This document shows, piece by piece, positions 10,350 through 21,982 of a DNA stretch of 64,000 bases. Source of the stretch: Spirochaetia bacterium. GTDB lineage: Bacteria; Spirochaetota; Spirochaetia; UBA9216. The first letter of the stretch is position 1; each line of letters begins with the position of its first letter. The stretch spans positions 384,001 to 448,000 of the forward strand of contig OZ223267.1 of the NCBI GenBank assembly GCA_965140585.1, given 5' to 3'. The position numbers and the translations under genes are program-made. A model generated the notes under the pieces. It was not told where the DNA came from. It searched no databases and saw nothing but the letters and a program-made list of their open reading frames with translations.

Positions 10350-11246
10350 TTATAAAAAATCGGGAATACCTTCAAGGTATTCCTTTATTTCATCCTCAAT
10401 AAAATCAGGAGTCGATGCTGAAGATACGATGAGAGCCTTGTTTATGTCTGTAAGGTTAATATTTCTGCTTTTGAGATCTTCAAGATTCTGTATAAAGTAT
10501 GTATGCTTATCAGCCTCGTAAAGCAGGTGGAAAAGCTTGCTTGCATTGGATGAGAGTTTGTCTCCTATAACAAAACTTATATCTGCCTGTTTTTGAAGCT
10601 CCAGGGCTTCCTCTTCCTTTTTTCGTGTTACCGGGCAAATACTGTCAAAGACAGTAACGTTCGTTTCAGGCCAGTGCTCTTTTACTGCGCTGCAGGTGGA
10701 ATCAAACAGAACACGGCTCCCTGTAGTCTGAGAGGTAATAAAAAAACTTTCCGGGTGAATGTCTACACTACGGCTTCTGCTAAACTCCGGATTTTTTATA
10801 AAATCTTCAAGATCCTCTGAAGTTTCGATGACAGTAAAGTTCTCTGCATAACTCTGAAGCCCAAGGACTTCAGGATGGGTTTTCTTGCCTGTTATGATAA
10901 CAGAAGAACCGCCGGCTGATGCTTCGGCTATTTTTTTCTGAACTTTTTTAACATTTACACAGGTCAGATCTATAAGATGGTGAGTCTCTGAAAGTTCCTT
11001 TTCAAGTGTCCTGTCGATCCCGTGTGTTCTAACTGCAATTACAGCCTTATCGGGGATATCTTCAGGTTTATCCATTGTTTTAATTCCTTTTGTATTAAGA
11101 AATTCAACATGGCTTCGATTGTTAATCATCATACCCAGAACGCATAGATCCTGTGATTCAAGTTCATCTTTTGTTTTAAGGATGTTCTTCTCAGCATTTT
11201 TTACACCGGGGCAGAACCCGGACAGCTTCGGTATAAGTACGGTCAT
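10350..11246 (-). CDS. ispH: 4-hydroxy-3-methylbut-2-enyl diphosphate reductase
   Basis: GFCPGV, RTHG, DLTCVNVKKVQ, HPEV, SQTT, SICPVT and SSNA motifs. Start moved to the ATG at 11246 (MTVLIPK). Confidence 0.9.
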   Translation of the reverse strand: MTVLIPKLSGFCPGVKNAEKNILKTKDELESQDLCVLGMMINNRSHVEFLNTKGIKTMDKPEDIPDKAVIAVRTHGIDRTLEKELSETHHLIDLTCVNVKKVQKKIAEASAGGSSVIITGKKTHPEVLGLQSYAENFTVIETSEDLEDFIKNPEFSRSRSVDIHPESFFITSQTTGSRVLFDSTCSAVKEHWPETNVTVFDSICPVTRKKEEEALELQKQADISFVIGDKLSSNASKLFHLLYEADKHTYFIQNLEDLKSRNINLTDINKALIVSSASTPDFIEDEIKEYLEGIPDFL

Positions 11247-11321
11247 AACAAAACTATATTTAAAACAGGCACTGGAGTCAATTATGAGAAAAACGCTATA
11301 ATTACTGCGGAGGAACTGCTT

Positions 11322-12032
11322 TTGAAGGGGAACAGGACTATCGCAAAACTTCTTTTTATTCAGCCTCAATCCATAAAGAAGAATCCTGATTTTCAGCTGC
11401 TGGTCAAGATACTCAATGATTCTGCAAAACTTCGAAAAGTTATACTTCCGCCCAAGGCCTGGAAACTGGTGAATGAGCCGCGGCTTGAAATCAAGTACCT
11501 CGATAATTTTATCAGGACGTATTATCTTCCGGAAAAAGGGTTTTTTAAGCTTTTTTTAGAACTAAAATGGAATTATCAATCTCAGCGGAATAAAAAATAC
11601 CTACACAGGCAGCAGAGAATAAGTAAATCCGCAGATGCATGGCCTGAAAGTATAAAAAGACTTGTTTTTAAGCTGCTAAACGCGGAAAGAAAATGTAATG
11701 ATGATATACCTGTGTATAAAAGAGTTCTTTATCCGGCAAGCCTGAAACGTGCAGGAGAACTATCCGGATTCTCAGCCGAAGAGTGGGCTGAAATTATTTT
11801 GAAATATTATGACAGCCTTAAAACTCATTACCGAACCATTAAACTGCCTGATAGAGCAGCCTTAATGACCTTTCTGCAGGACCTCGAGTCAGTTAAACGA
11901 AATGCTGCTCAACAAAATAATGCCGGACATAGAAGAGAATACCGGAAACTTCTTAAAAAATATCATCCTGATCTTGGCGGTGATGCGAATATATTTATAG
12001 CCGTTAAAAGGCGATACGATGAATTAAAATAG
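11322..12032 (+). CDS. Hypothetical basic protein with C-terminal minimal J-domain
   Basis: C-terminus YRKLLKKYHPDLGGDANIFIAVKRRYDEL matches J-domain helices II-III with the HPD motif. Start uncertain (TTG). Confidence 0.65.
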   Translation: MKGNRTIAKLLFIQPQSIKKNPDFQLLVKILNDSAKLRKVILPPKAWKLVNEPRLEIKYLDNFIRTYYLPEKGFFKLFLELKWNYQSQRNKKYLHRQQRISKSADAWPESIKRLVFKLLNAERKCNDDIPVYKRVLYPASLKRAGELSGFSAEEWAEIILKYYDSLKTHYRTIKLPDRAALMTFLQDLESVKRNAAQQNNAGHRREYRKLLKKYHPDLGGDANIFIAVKRRYDELK

Positions 12033-12081
12033 ATATTCTGATAACACGGATTTTAACTGTGCTATCAGAATGATTTTAAAA

Positions 12082-12377
12082 TTATTCGCCATGATTGAAA
12101 AATCTTGATAGGTTGATCGAGACAAAAATAACACCGAGTATAAAAAGAATAAAATTCAAGTTTATGCCGATTTTAAGATGATCGATGAAATTTATTAGAA
12201 TAAACCTATAAGAAAATTAATTAATCCCCATATTACATTTGAAAGTGGGGATGATTTTCCTTTTCCCGGCGGTTTGGCAAAAGGACTGTGAAATTGTTTT
12301 CCGGAAATACCGTTAACAAAGTGAGGAATACCATTTGTGATAAAAATTCCGGCTAAAATCGAAAATACCTGATTCAT
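12082..12377 (-). pseudogene. Small membrane protein, frameshifted near 12197
   Basis: ORF (NGIPHFVNGISG...SPFAKPPG...SSPLSNVIWG) stops at 12195. Another frame continues hydrophobically (LINFIDHLKIGINLNFILFILGVIFVSINLSRFFNHGE*) to 12082. AAGGAG RBS. Confidence 0.65.
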
Positions 12378-12401
12378 ATTTACTCCTTGGATTTTTGATT
12401 C

Positions 12402-14297
12402 TTATGTTTTAAATAATTCAGCATCTTTATTTATATTTCCAACACGCTCTTCATTGTCTTTTATAAGCATCTCTTCTTCCGAGACCGCCTTATTTATCTC
12501 GTTAACACCCATTGTGATTTCATCAATGGCATGGCTTGTTGTTTTGCTGAAATCCTGGAGGTGAGTAACAGATTCTATGATCTGTTTATTGCCAATCTTC
12601 ATCTCTTGTGACCCTGAGTTGACTTCAGCTGAAATTTCCTCCATGTGGTTGAGGCCTTCAGGAACATGATTACTTCCGATGCTTAATTCCTGCACGGCGT
12701 TCTGAATATTGCTGAATATATTGCTGACCTTAATAACAGCTGTATTCATAGCATCGAAATCTTTTGTATTTTGCGAAGCTGATACGGTAAGTTCATCTAT
12801 TGCCTTTTTGATACTTGTCAAATTTGAACTTACAACCTTGAATTGGCTGTCAGACTGTTCTGCAAGTTTTCTTATCTCCTCTGCTACCACAGAGAATACC
12901 TTTCCTGCATCACCGGCATGAGCAGCTTTAATCACAGCATTCATTGAAAGTAAATTTGTCTGACTGGACAGATTTGATATTAATTCATTTGCCTGCATTA
13001 GTTCATTGGACTCTTCAACAATCTTATGAATTACGTCCTGAACCATTTCCATGGTTTCCTGGCCCTTGGAGGACGCATGTGTCATTTGCTTAACCTTTTC
13101 ATTTCAGGTTTCTATGACCCCGGCAATGGAGTCTATTCCTGCAGTCATTTCTTCAATAGCAGACGAGGACTGGGTAATACTTGAGCTCTGCTCAATAATA
13201 CTGTTGTTAAGATTATTGATATTATCAGTAAGCTGAGCAACAGAGTGAACTGTCTGACTTGTAACTGATGTCTGTTCATGCATCTGTTTATTGATGCTTT
13301 GCAGATTACTGCTGATCTGGTTGATAGATGCTGCAGTTTCGGTAATATTAAGGCTCATTTCTTCACTTGATTTATTGATGTCACTTATCTGGGTTTTGAG
13401 TTTCCCCAGGAAAACTGAAAAGTTTTCAAACATTGTATTCATGCTACGGTAAATGGAATCTAACTCATCTTTTCCCTTGGGCTTCACTCTGAGTCGTATA
13501 TCTCCTGTTGAAGCAGTGAGCAGATGTTTTTCCAGTTCTGATACTCTTTTCGTAATGATATTCCTAATCATAATTAAAAGAAGAATAATCAGGATAACCA
13601 TACTTGATGTACTTATAATTGATATTATCATCTGAAGATACTGTGATGTATCCAGAAGATCGCTCTCGGAAATATTGGCAGCAATAAACCATCCGCTTTC
13701 ACCTGACTGATGAAAAGCCGGATATCGGATAATTCCGTTTATCTGGTATCCGAAAAAACCTCTTTCTTTCTTCTTATTCAGGATTGTTATTATTGGTCCC
13801 GGCTTGCCGGAGTGATCAACTAACAGCTCATTTCTATCACCATAGGCCAGTACAATACCCTTTGATGTAAACATATACGGCTGTCCCATCTTGCCTAAAT
13901 CTCTTTCCCATAAAACATGGGTGAGCAATTTTGTAAAATTCAACCTAATAATATAATATCCCAGCGTTTCCCCATTTTGTATTAAGGGTTTTCCAACTGT
14001 CGAAATAATATTACCTTTTTTAGAAGAAAGTGAGAAGGTTTCATCGAGCTCGGAAGTACCAGAATTGGAAGACAGAGTCTTAAATATTTTTTCTTCACAT
14101 AAATCTTTTCCAATTGCAGCATTTGCAGTACTGGTTACTACGAGACCTTTGGTATCAATCAGAAGCATCTCATTACAAAATTCATGTGTTTTCTTTTCTT
14201 CATCTATATATTTTTTAACAGAGATAAAATCCTGATTAATGGTGTAGCTGTAAAGTATATAACAAGTTATCTGAGAGCTTAAGGATATGAATTCCAT
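12402..14297 (-). pseudogene. Methyl-accepting chemotaxis protein (Cache-TM-HAMP-MA), interrupted
   Basis: In-frame TGA at 13104-13106 joins the two ORFs ([14 protein letters not shown]). Signalling hairpin is degenerate ([16 protein letters not shown] versus NAAIEAAHAGxxGKGF). First TM and start region disrupted. Confidence 0.8.
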
Positions 14298-14455
14298 TCA
14301 GGAAAATAAATAATTTTTAAACTGAATTACTGCTTACAAAAAGATACAAAATGAAACATAAGGAAACATCTGCAGAAACAGGGATGGGTGTTTCTTTTAA
14401 AAGCCTACTGGAAACTTCCCCGAAAATTAATTATTTTTAATCAAAGGTAGGCAGC

Positions 14456-15559
14456 ATGATAGATACAGGCACCAGATTAGGCATACTCATCAGTTTTTTT
14501 ATTGCCTCAGGCGGTATGTATTTTGTTCTTTACTCGATTATACAGCTTATTTCTATCAGAAAAAGAAAGCAGATTCACTATCTACACTTTGGATTTTTCT
14601 TTCTTCTCGGCCTATGTATACTCCTGGATTCTTATTATAGAAAAGGTACCGAGTATTTTGCACCTGGCCTGCTTTTAATAAATTTTCCTTTGGATTTTTT
14701 ATTGGGTCCGATATTGATTTTCTATTTTAACAGCTTTTTTGATACTCATTTCAGGTTGAAAAAACTACATCTGTTAACCGTTCTTCCTGCGTTTATATGT
14801 TTAGCCGCTTTTATTCCTTATTATATTCTTCCCTCTGAACAAAAGCTTGCAATGTTTCCACTGGAAACGCTGTCATCGGGTTGTTTTATGATAATTGGAA
14901 AGGTCTTTAACTATACAATGTTCCCCTGGACAGCTGTATGTTTGATAGTTATATTCAAATCCAATCTGAAATATTTTGAAAAGAGTAAAAAGCATATACG
15001 GCTGACGCTGATATTTTTAATAACAGTAATACTTTTAGCAGCTTTTATGAGTTACAGTGATACTCTGAACGATTTAAAACCATATAAGGTCGGTATGACT
15101 GTTCTTGTTTTCTCTTTAATATGTTTTTCACTTATGACATCAAGGTTCACTGATTTCTTTTTGAGAATCCGAAATGAGGCCAGTGCTGTCCGTTATGCAC
15201 AGTCCAAGGTTTCATCACTTAATGTAGATTTTATAGTTTTCCGGATCGAAGATCTTATGGAATTTGAGCATCTTTACACAGATCCTGAATTGAATCTTAG
15301 AAGCCTGAGTGCCAGGCTGGAGCTGCGGCCTGGACAGCTTTCCGAAATTATCAATTCCAGATATTCAAAGAATTTTAACAGCTATATAAATGATTTAAGA
15401 ATAGAGTCTGCCAAGTCAAAAATCAGGTATGAGAAGGAGCATAGCATCCTTTCTGTCGCAATGTCCTGCGGGTTCAATTCAAAATCTAATTTCAATCGTG
15501 TTTTCAGCGAGAAGGTCGGTATGTCTCCCTCTGAATACCGGAAGACTATTAATAATTGA
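14456..15559 (+). CDS. Membrane-anchored AraC-family transcriptional regulator
   Basis: About 7 hydrophobic segments, then LYTDPELNL...NFNSYINDLRI...AMSCGFNSKSNFNRVF...GMSPSEYRK. Confidence 0.9.
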   Translation: MIDTGTRLGILISFFIASGGMYFVLYSIIQLISIRKRKQIHYLHFGFFFLLGLCILLDSYYRKGTEYFAPGLLLINFPLDFLLGPILIFYFNSFFDTHFRLKKLHLLTVLPAFICLAAFIPYYILPSEQKLAMFPLETLSSGCFMIIGKVFNYTMFPWTAVCLIVIFKSNLKYFEKSKKHIRLTLIFLITVILLAAFMSYSDTLNDLKPYKVGMTVLVFSLICFSLMTSRFTDFFLRIRNEASAVRYAQSKVSSLNVDFIVFRIEDLMEFEHLYTDPELNLRSLSARLELRPGQLSEIINSRYSKNFNSYINDLRIESAKSKIRYEKEHSILSVAMSCGFNSKSNFNRVFSEKVGMSPSEYRKTINN

Positions 15560-15686
15560 TGGATTATTAATCAGAAACGGTGTGAGCCTGACACCTGGGA
15601 GCCTTTATGATTACTCTCTAACTGTTTTCTACAGATAGAAAGAAATGTATTATATAGTTTGTATATTTACGCTATAATCTTAGACA

Positions 15687-16817
15687 ATGGACAGTAATTT
15701 ACTTGTAGATACAGGCCTTATTCTTGGTATTTGTCTTTGCCTTATCATAACTGTCAGTCAGCTTCTTTTAAAAAGAAAGGATCAGAAGAATTATCTCATT
15801 GCACTGAATACCTTTCTTATTGCCGTATACCAGTTCTCAAGTGCATTTTACCTGTTTTCAGGTATAGAGAACTGGTATGCTGTTTATCCCTATGTATACA
15901 CTTTAGGGAGGTTTGTTTTATTTACAGCGGCACCTGTATACTACTTTTTTTTCAAATCACTTCCTCAAAAAGAATATATTTTCCACCCATCGCATCTCCT
16001 GCACATGATAATCCCGGTTGCAGTCACTTTAATTCTAATTATATTTGCTGAATATCCTGTTTATCCGGTTGTGAGTTTTCGAGATTATAAGGATTTTCTG
16101 TATGCAAATGTTGGAATCTTCAGGCCTCTCAGTGTATTTTCTTCATTTTACGGAATTGTTTATTTCTTTATAATACTTGTTTATTATATCCACCTTTTTC
16201 GAAGATCAAAGGAGGAGCGGCAGAAAAACCTTTCTACCGTAATAATATTTTCTCTGATTACAATTGCACCGCTTTTCCCTTATATCGTATTCGGGAACAG
16301 GGTGGTATGGTATTACCATCTTTTCCAGCTGCGTTTTACAATACTGTCTGTATATCTTTTGCTGATAAGCCAGCGTTACCCATTTCTTCTCAATATAATA
16401 AAGCTGGAAGCCTACCGTGATTATTATCTTAAATCCAATATTGAAGATGCTGAGGCTGACAGGGTTTATTCAGCTCTTGAGCAGCTGATGAATGAAGAAA
16501 AACTATTTGTTAATAATGACCTGTTTCTCAAAAATGCAGCACAAAAGCTTAAAGTGTCGAACTTACAGTTATCTGAGGTTTTAAATATCCATCAGGGTAA
16601 GACATTTTCCCAGTATATTAAAGAAAAAAGAATAAACTATTCGCTGGAACTTCTAGAGAACAAAACATCAATGACAGTACTTGATATTGCCCTTGAGTGC
16701 GGATTTAACTCCAAATCCAGTTATTATGCAGCTTTTCAAAAGATGATAGGCGAAACTCCTCTTCAGTATCGAAAAAAAAGGTCCAGATATATATCTGGAC
16801 GATCATTGAACAGATAA
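15687..16817 (+). CDS. Membrane-anchored AraC-family transcriptional regulator (second copy)
   Basis: Multi-TM N-terminus; C-terminal IALECGFNSKSSYYAAFQKMIGETPLQYRK. Confidence 0.9.
   Translation: MDSNLLVDTGLILGICLCLIITVSQLLLKRKDQKNYLIALNTFLIAVYQFSSAFYLFSGIENWYAVYPYVYTLGRFVLFTAAPVYYFFFKSLPQKEYIFHPSHLLHMIIPVAVTLILIIFAEYPVYPVVSFRDYKDFLYANVGIFRPLSVFSSFYGIVYFFIILVYYIHLFRRSKEERQKNLSTVIIFSLITIAPLFPYIVFGNRVVWYYHLFQLRFTILSVYLLLISQRYPFLLNIIKLEAYRDYYLKSNIEDAEADRVYSALEQLMNEEKLFVNNDLFLKNAAQKLKVSNLQLSEVLNIHQGKTFSQYIKEKRINYSLELLENKTSMTVLDIALECGFNSKSSYYAAFQKMIGETPLQYRKKRSRYISGRSLNR
16781..16804 (+). promoter_or_regulatory. Conserved upstream motif copy 1 (candidate AraC activator site)
   Basis: Perfect 20-bp palindrome GTCCAGATATATATCTGGAC followed by GATC, ending 58 bp before the ATG at 16862. 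Related copies at 20543 and 21983. Confidence 0.6.
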
Positions 16818-16861
16818 ACGTTAACCTCCTTCTATTAATACTATCGAAGAAGAACCCGAAT

Positions 16862-18671
16862 ATGAAAAACATCTACTAGTGTCCATTGTATTTTCTTTTT
16901 GTCTGTTGGCAAACGGATATGCAGAATTGGTCGATCTTGGAGAATCGAACCAGAGTAAAGCTTCTGACGGCCTAACTAAAATGCATATGATTATCTTGTG
17001 AATCCAGCAGACTTTAATAAAATGGAATCAAGCACAATATTCTTTTCGCTTGATTCGGACGGAACACAGTTTGGAACAGAAGAAATCGGAACGGGACTGA
17101 GAGGCGGTTATGCATGGGTAACCGATGACCTTTCACTATTTTTTCTGTTGAATTATTTTACCAACCTTTCTTTAACAGATGAAAATGACGAAGATACCCA
17201 GACGATTACTTACACAGATTATTAAAGTGCTGCAGGTATTTATAATGAACTTGTTACTGCAACTGATTTTAATATTTAAAACTTTAACTTCCAGAAACTG
17301 CTTGCCAGTGTGGGTGTTGATTTAGGTATGCCGATTACATTTGATGTAAAAGGACTATGGCTTCTTAACCAATACAGCTACAGTGAAAGCTCAATTTCCA
17401 GTACATACACCAATACAAGTACAGCAGGTGATGACAGCCTTGATGAAGTAGGGGATTATGAGATTACAAGATACAGCATGCCATATTACTACTCATCCGG
17501 AGGACTTGTAGTAAGTGATACCGACAACTTTGAGAGTGTTCTCGCATTCGAACCCGAGATTGGTTTGAATGTCGGTAACCTGAGTTCAAAAATATCGCTT
17601 GGTGCCGCATTCTATAACCTTGGTGCAAATGAAGGAAGCTACTTAAACACAACCTCAAGCTATGCAGACGGCAGCGATGTAAGCCTGCTTGACACTGAAG
17701 AACTGTACAGTTCAACAGGAGCTGTTTATTACGACAGTGATTCAGGAGTTGAAAGCTCAGTAAGTATGGAGGCCTCTATTTCCGATACATATCTTGAACG
17801 CACAGTACTTGGATTTGACAGTGACAGCAATATCAATCGCGGGAACAATATCACCCTGAAGTTTATGCTCGGAGCAGATTACGGTATTTTCCCCACTGCT
17901 ATATATGAATTCAGTACAATAGAGATACAATATGATGACCACACCGGAACTCCGGTAGAGACATCCCGAAACAGCTCCATCACCTGTATCTCACAGTCTA
18001 TTAATGCAGCAATATCAGGACATGCGAAAGCTGCATTTTCAAAATCATTCATACCTGATGAAAGAGCCGCGTTTCATCTGGGTGCCGGTTTTGGTTATGA
18101 CATAGATTACATAACCGCGGTAAAAGAACAGACAAGGACTATCAGAGTTCTGATAGACAATGACGGGGATAATGCCGATACAACAGCAGGTACTGATATA
18201 GACACGTCTACTATATATTCAGGTTATACAATTCAGGTTGATGAAATGATTCATACAATCGAAGTTTCAGTGCCTCTGTCAGTTTCCTATACTCCAATAA
18301 GTGACATGACCTTCTAAACCGGGGCAAAGACAACAATCAGTCTTGCAATAGACAGCATATCAAGCCTTGTAACAGGACAGTCGGGTTATGTTTATACCGA
18401 GTATGTTGATAACCTGGAATCGGATAATTCAACTGATGCTGAGCTGATAGGCGGTACTGAAAACTATTACACCCCTGGAAACAGCATTGAAACAACGCTT
18501 GATGTCGAAGCTGAGGGGAATTTCGGATTCACACTGGCACTTACAGAAAAATTCAAAATAGACGCTTATGCAACTGTGAGTGCCGACAGTGGAATTATGG
18601 GTATGCCGACAAGCACAGATTCGGGTGTAGGTTTTGATTCATTCAGCCTTACAGGAAGCTCTTCTTTCTAG
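16862..18671 (+). pseudogene. Putative outer-membrane beta-barrel protein, multiply disrupted
   Basis: Reconstructs as signal peptide MKKHLLVSIVFSFCLLANGYA...NAYDYLVNPADF through SFSLTGSSSF* (terminal Phe). Needs two +1 A corrections (A-runs near 16865 and 16978) and read-through of TAA at 17223, 17277 and 18315. Confidence 0.72.
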
Positions 18672-18680
18672 GAGGGAAAA

Positions 18681-20486
18681 GTGAAAAAAATAATACTAAA
18701 TATAGCAGTGATATCACTGCTGGCAATTTTGTTGACAGGATGTTCATCGCCTCTGGCTTCTATAGTCGGTTATGATTTAATGGTCAGCCTTGGCCGAAAT
18801 AACTCATCGGAGCAGACGCAGCTCTATGCAGCTGTAGGGGGAAGTTTTGTTGTTCCCGTCACAGTGTCGAATCAAAACGGGGAAACAATTGCATCAGACT
18901 GCACAATAGTCTTTACGCTGTCGGATGATGATTTTTCAACCACAGATGATAATTACCTGCTCTTAACAGAAACAATTATTGCAGGTGAAGATGCTGATTT
19001 TACACTCAGTCTGCCTCCGGGCATAACAACAGCTGCTACCAGATATCTTTTTGCGGAGATTGACTGTGAAGATGACACGATAACTACCAATAATACTTCC
19101 CGTATTGCCCTGGATGTTGGAACAAGCAGTGAGCCCGATTTAGCTCTATCACTCAAATCTCCGTATACAGAGGTTCTTTACGGTCCGGCAGAAGGGAGTG
19201 TAAAAGTATCATACAGTATAAGTAATGAAGGATACAGAACTCTGAGTGCCGGGACAATTATTAAGCTGGACTTAACTGTCAACCTGGACGGAAGCGAAGT
19301 ATCCCTCTATGACGGTTCAGTTACGCTTAGTGAAGAGCTTTATCCTCAGGACTATATAAGCGGAACTTTTACAGCCGACCTGCCTGCCGAGGCCTCCCTC
19401 ATGGCTGATAATGCTGAAACGACCTTCTCGGGATGGATAGGATTCGTTACCGGGACTGTTAACGGCTCAGGAGACATCAGTGAGACCTCAACAGCAAAAA
19501 AATAATACTGACGGTCTCCTATGACTTCTATGATACTAGCAACTACAGATATCTTCTGGTCCCCGCAGATACAAGAGCACAAAACACTCCCACCGCAGGA
19601 AACTATTATCTTGGAGCTGCAATAATTGGAAGTATGGCTGAGGGAGACACTTCGGATAACACATATTCCTATTCAAGCGATGTTACATTTTTTAAAAAAA
19701 ACTATCAATCTTACAGGAACTGTAACCTCGTCAAGCTCCGGTAATGCGGCAGACGGTTCTACAGTTACCTATACTGCAACGATAACAAATGACGGCGATG
19801 GAGATATTGACGATAATTTCACCGTTACTTTGTATAGTTCTGAGGATAATTATAATGCTCGTTCAAGCAATACAATTTATACAACTACCGTTTCAGGTCT
19901 TGGCGTAGGAGAATCAAAGACAATAACCTATGACTTCAGCAACGCTGAGGGAAATAATGTTATGCATTGGGTAAGCTGCAAGATTGATACCGGAAATGCT
20001 ATTCCAGAGATTGATGAAGATGATAATACTCCCACATCTACCGGAATCTATTTCTATGATGATGAGAACAGCAGCAGGACATATACGCTTACATACAGGC
20101 CTTTTAGAACAAGCAGCGCTTTTTATATGTATTTTGTTCTTTATGATGAAAATGGTACTGCGTTGTCAACAGCTTCTTGCTCTACAAGTTCCCGAACTTT
20201 TGTTACTGCATTATCTCCAGGCATTTACTATCTAAAAGTTTATTCATATGTCCGTAACTCTTATGGTATGTTTGTTTCTCCATATTTCAGTTCGTCGATC
20301 GATAGCTATTCCACTCCATTTGAATCTTATTGCGCCGACAATTCCAAAGATGAATATGAGGACAATGATTCCAGTGTGTCCAGCGGAATTCCCGACAAGT
20401 ATACAGATTTAAATTTCGGAAAGGCATATAACCGTTATATCAATGGTAGTTCCGATTATGAATGGTATAAGGTAGTATTACCGTAA
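18681..20486 (+). pseudogene. Surface lipoprotein with CARDB/Ig-like repeats, two compensating frameshifts
   Basis: Lipobox LLTGC and CARDB-like motifs (PDL...ISNEG, ITNDGDG...IDTGNAIPEIDEDDN). Segment 19502-19700 reads sensibly only in the -1 frame, between an A7 run and a T6A8 run. Confidence 0.7.
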
Positions 20487-20500
20487 CAAAGACATTCTAT

Positions 20501-20534
20501 AGGGCATCCGGTTTTCGGATGCCCTGTTTTTTTT
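20501..20534 (+). terminator. Rho-independent terminator
   Basis: AGGGCATCCG-GTTTT-CGGATGCCCT, then G and T8. Confidence 0.88.
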
Positions 20535-20542
20535 ACAAAAAA

Positions 20543-20568
20543 GTCCAAATATATATTCTTGGGCGATC
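20543..20568 (+). promoter_or_regulatory. Conserved upstream motif copy 2
   Basis: GTCCAAATATATATTCTTGGGCGATC ending 56 bp before the GTG at 20624. Confidence 0.5.
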
Positions 20569-20623
20569 TTAACCTCCATTATTGTTACTTTGAATTAAAA
20601 ATATTTTAGATGGAGAAATTTAA

Positions 20624-21064
20624 GTGAAGAATTCAAAACAATTTATAAAAACTGAATGTGCAATTTTAATGGGTCTGCCTGCAGTCTTTATAAGCGACTG
20701 TCAGAACGGGACAACCGATCAGGCAGCTGAAACAGCGGAAGAAACACCGGCTGCAACCTACACGATAACATACAATGCCAACGGTGCGGAAACAGGCACT
20801 GTCCCAACCGACTCCGCAGCCTACGAAGAAGGTAATACGGTAACGGTATTAGGGAACACCGGAGAGTTGACGAAAACTAATTATATTCTTCCGGGGTGGA
20901 ACACCAGGGCGGACGGCAGCGGTACAACATACACAGCCGGCAGCACATTTACTATCGGCGATGCTGATATAACCCTCTATGCACTCTGGTCTTTCGAAAC
21001 AATCATCTACAACGACTGTTATTCGAGAGCTAACTCTATCTGCCTTGATGATTCGGGTACTTAA
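20624..21064 (+). pseudogene. Truncated lipoprotein-like gene with one Listeria-Bacteroides (InlB B-type) repeat
   Basis: YTITYNANGA...GNTGELTKTNY..PGWNT.ADGSGTTY..GSTFTI..ADITLYALW. Degenerate lipobox (FISDC). Ends abruptly 2 bp from the convergent gene. Confidence 0.6.
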
Positions 21065-21066
21065 TC

Positions 21067-21927
21067 TTATTCGTATTTCATAACTGTTGCTATATTATTG
21101 TTTCCTCCATCACAATAAGCAACATATGGGGTGTTATCAGGGCTTAATACCAAAGATATATCGGTGCTCACCCCGGTAGAGATATCGCTGCTTCCTACAG
21201 TTTCCCAGCCATTTGTGCTGTCAAACTTCATGACTGCTACTTTATAGTCGGTAGCTTCATATACATAAGCAACATAGGGAGTCTTGTTTGAATCAAAAGA
21301 AAGTGATGTATACCGGACTGCACCATCACTGAAGCCGGCACTCCCAACAAAGATCCAGCTGCTTCCGTCATACATCATAACTGTTGCTTTGTTGCTATTA
21401 CTGACATCACAATACGCAACATAGGGCTTGTTATCAGAATCAATGGCAAGTGATTCATACATGGCTGTACCAGCGCTGAATCCGGAATTTCCGACTGTTT
21501 TCCATTTCCTGACATGAAATGGAATTGTTATTGTCTTACTTGCTGTATTCCCATCAGAATCTGTAACGGTTGCTGTCAGGGTTATTGTTGTGTCTTCAGA
21601 GGCAGGTGTAACCGTTGCCGTACCATCGGTAATAGAAATAATATCAGTGTTATTTGAGCTCCAGCTGATAGTAGATCCGCTTATTGTTGCAGTGGGCAAG
21701 GTGAAATTGCTTGTTACACATTCTGCTGAATCTCCGTCAGCAAATTGGAAGTCACTTGTACTGATTGTCGCGGCCTCTGTTTCTGCAATCGGTGTTTCAT
21801 CTGCAGTCGATGTTTCGTTTGCAGCTTGTGTTGTTGTCGTGCCGTTGTCACAACCTGTAAGAAAAATGCCCGTAAAAATTATTAGGGCAATTCCTATTCT
21901 TTTTAAATATCTTGATAACTCTTTCAT
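21067..21927 (-). CDS. Lipoprotein with Ig-like domain and beta-propeller-type repeats
   Basis: Lipobox FLTGC; FTLPT..SGSTISWSSNN..IISI...TLTATVT Ig-like domain; three ~48-aa repeats W..VG..GFS.G.....SL..DS...PYVAY. Possibly C-terminally truncated. Confidence 0.72.
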   Translation of the reverse strand: MKELSRYLKRIGIALIIFTGIFLTGCDNGTTTTQAANETSTADETPIAETEAATISTSDFQFADGDSAECVTSNFTLPTATISGSTISWSSNNTDIISITDGTATVTPASEDTTITLTATVTDSDGNTASKTITIPFHVRKWKTVGNSGFSAGTAMYESLAIDSDNKPYVAYCDVSNSNKATVMMYDGSSWIFVGSAGFSDGAVRYTSLSFDSNKTPYVAYVYEATDYKVAVMKFDSTNGWETVGSSDISTGVSTDISLVLSPDNTPYVAYCDGGNNNIATVMKYE

Positions 21928-21982
21928 TTATTTCCATCCTTCAGTGGTTTATTGATATAACTCTACTAAAAACGCGAAGACT

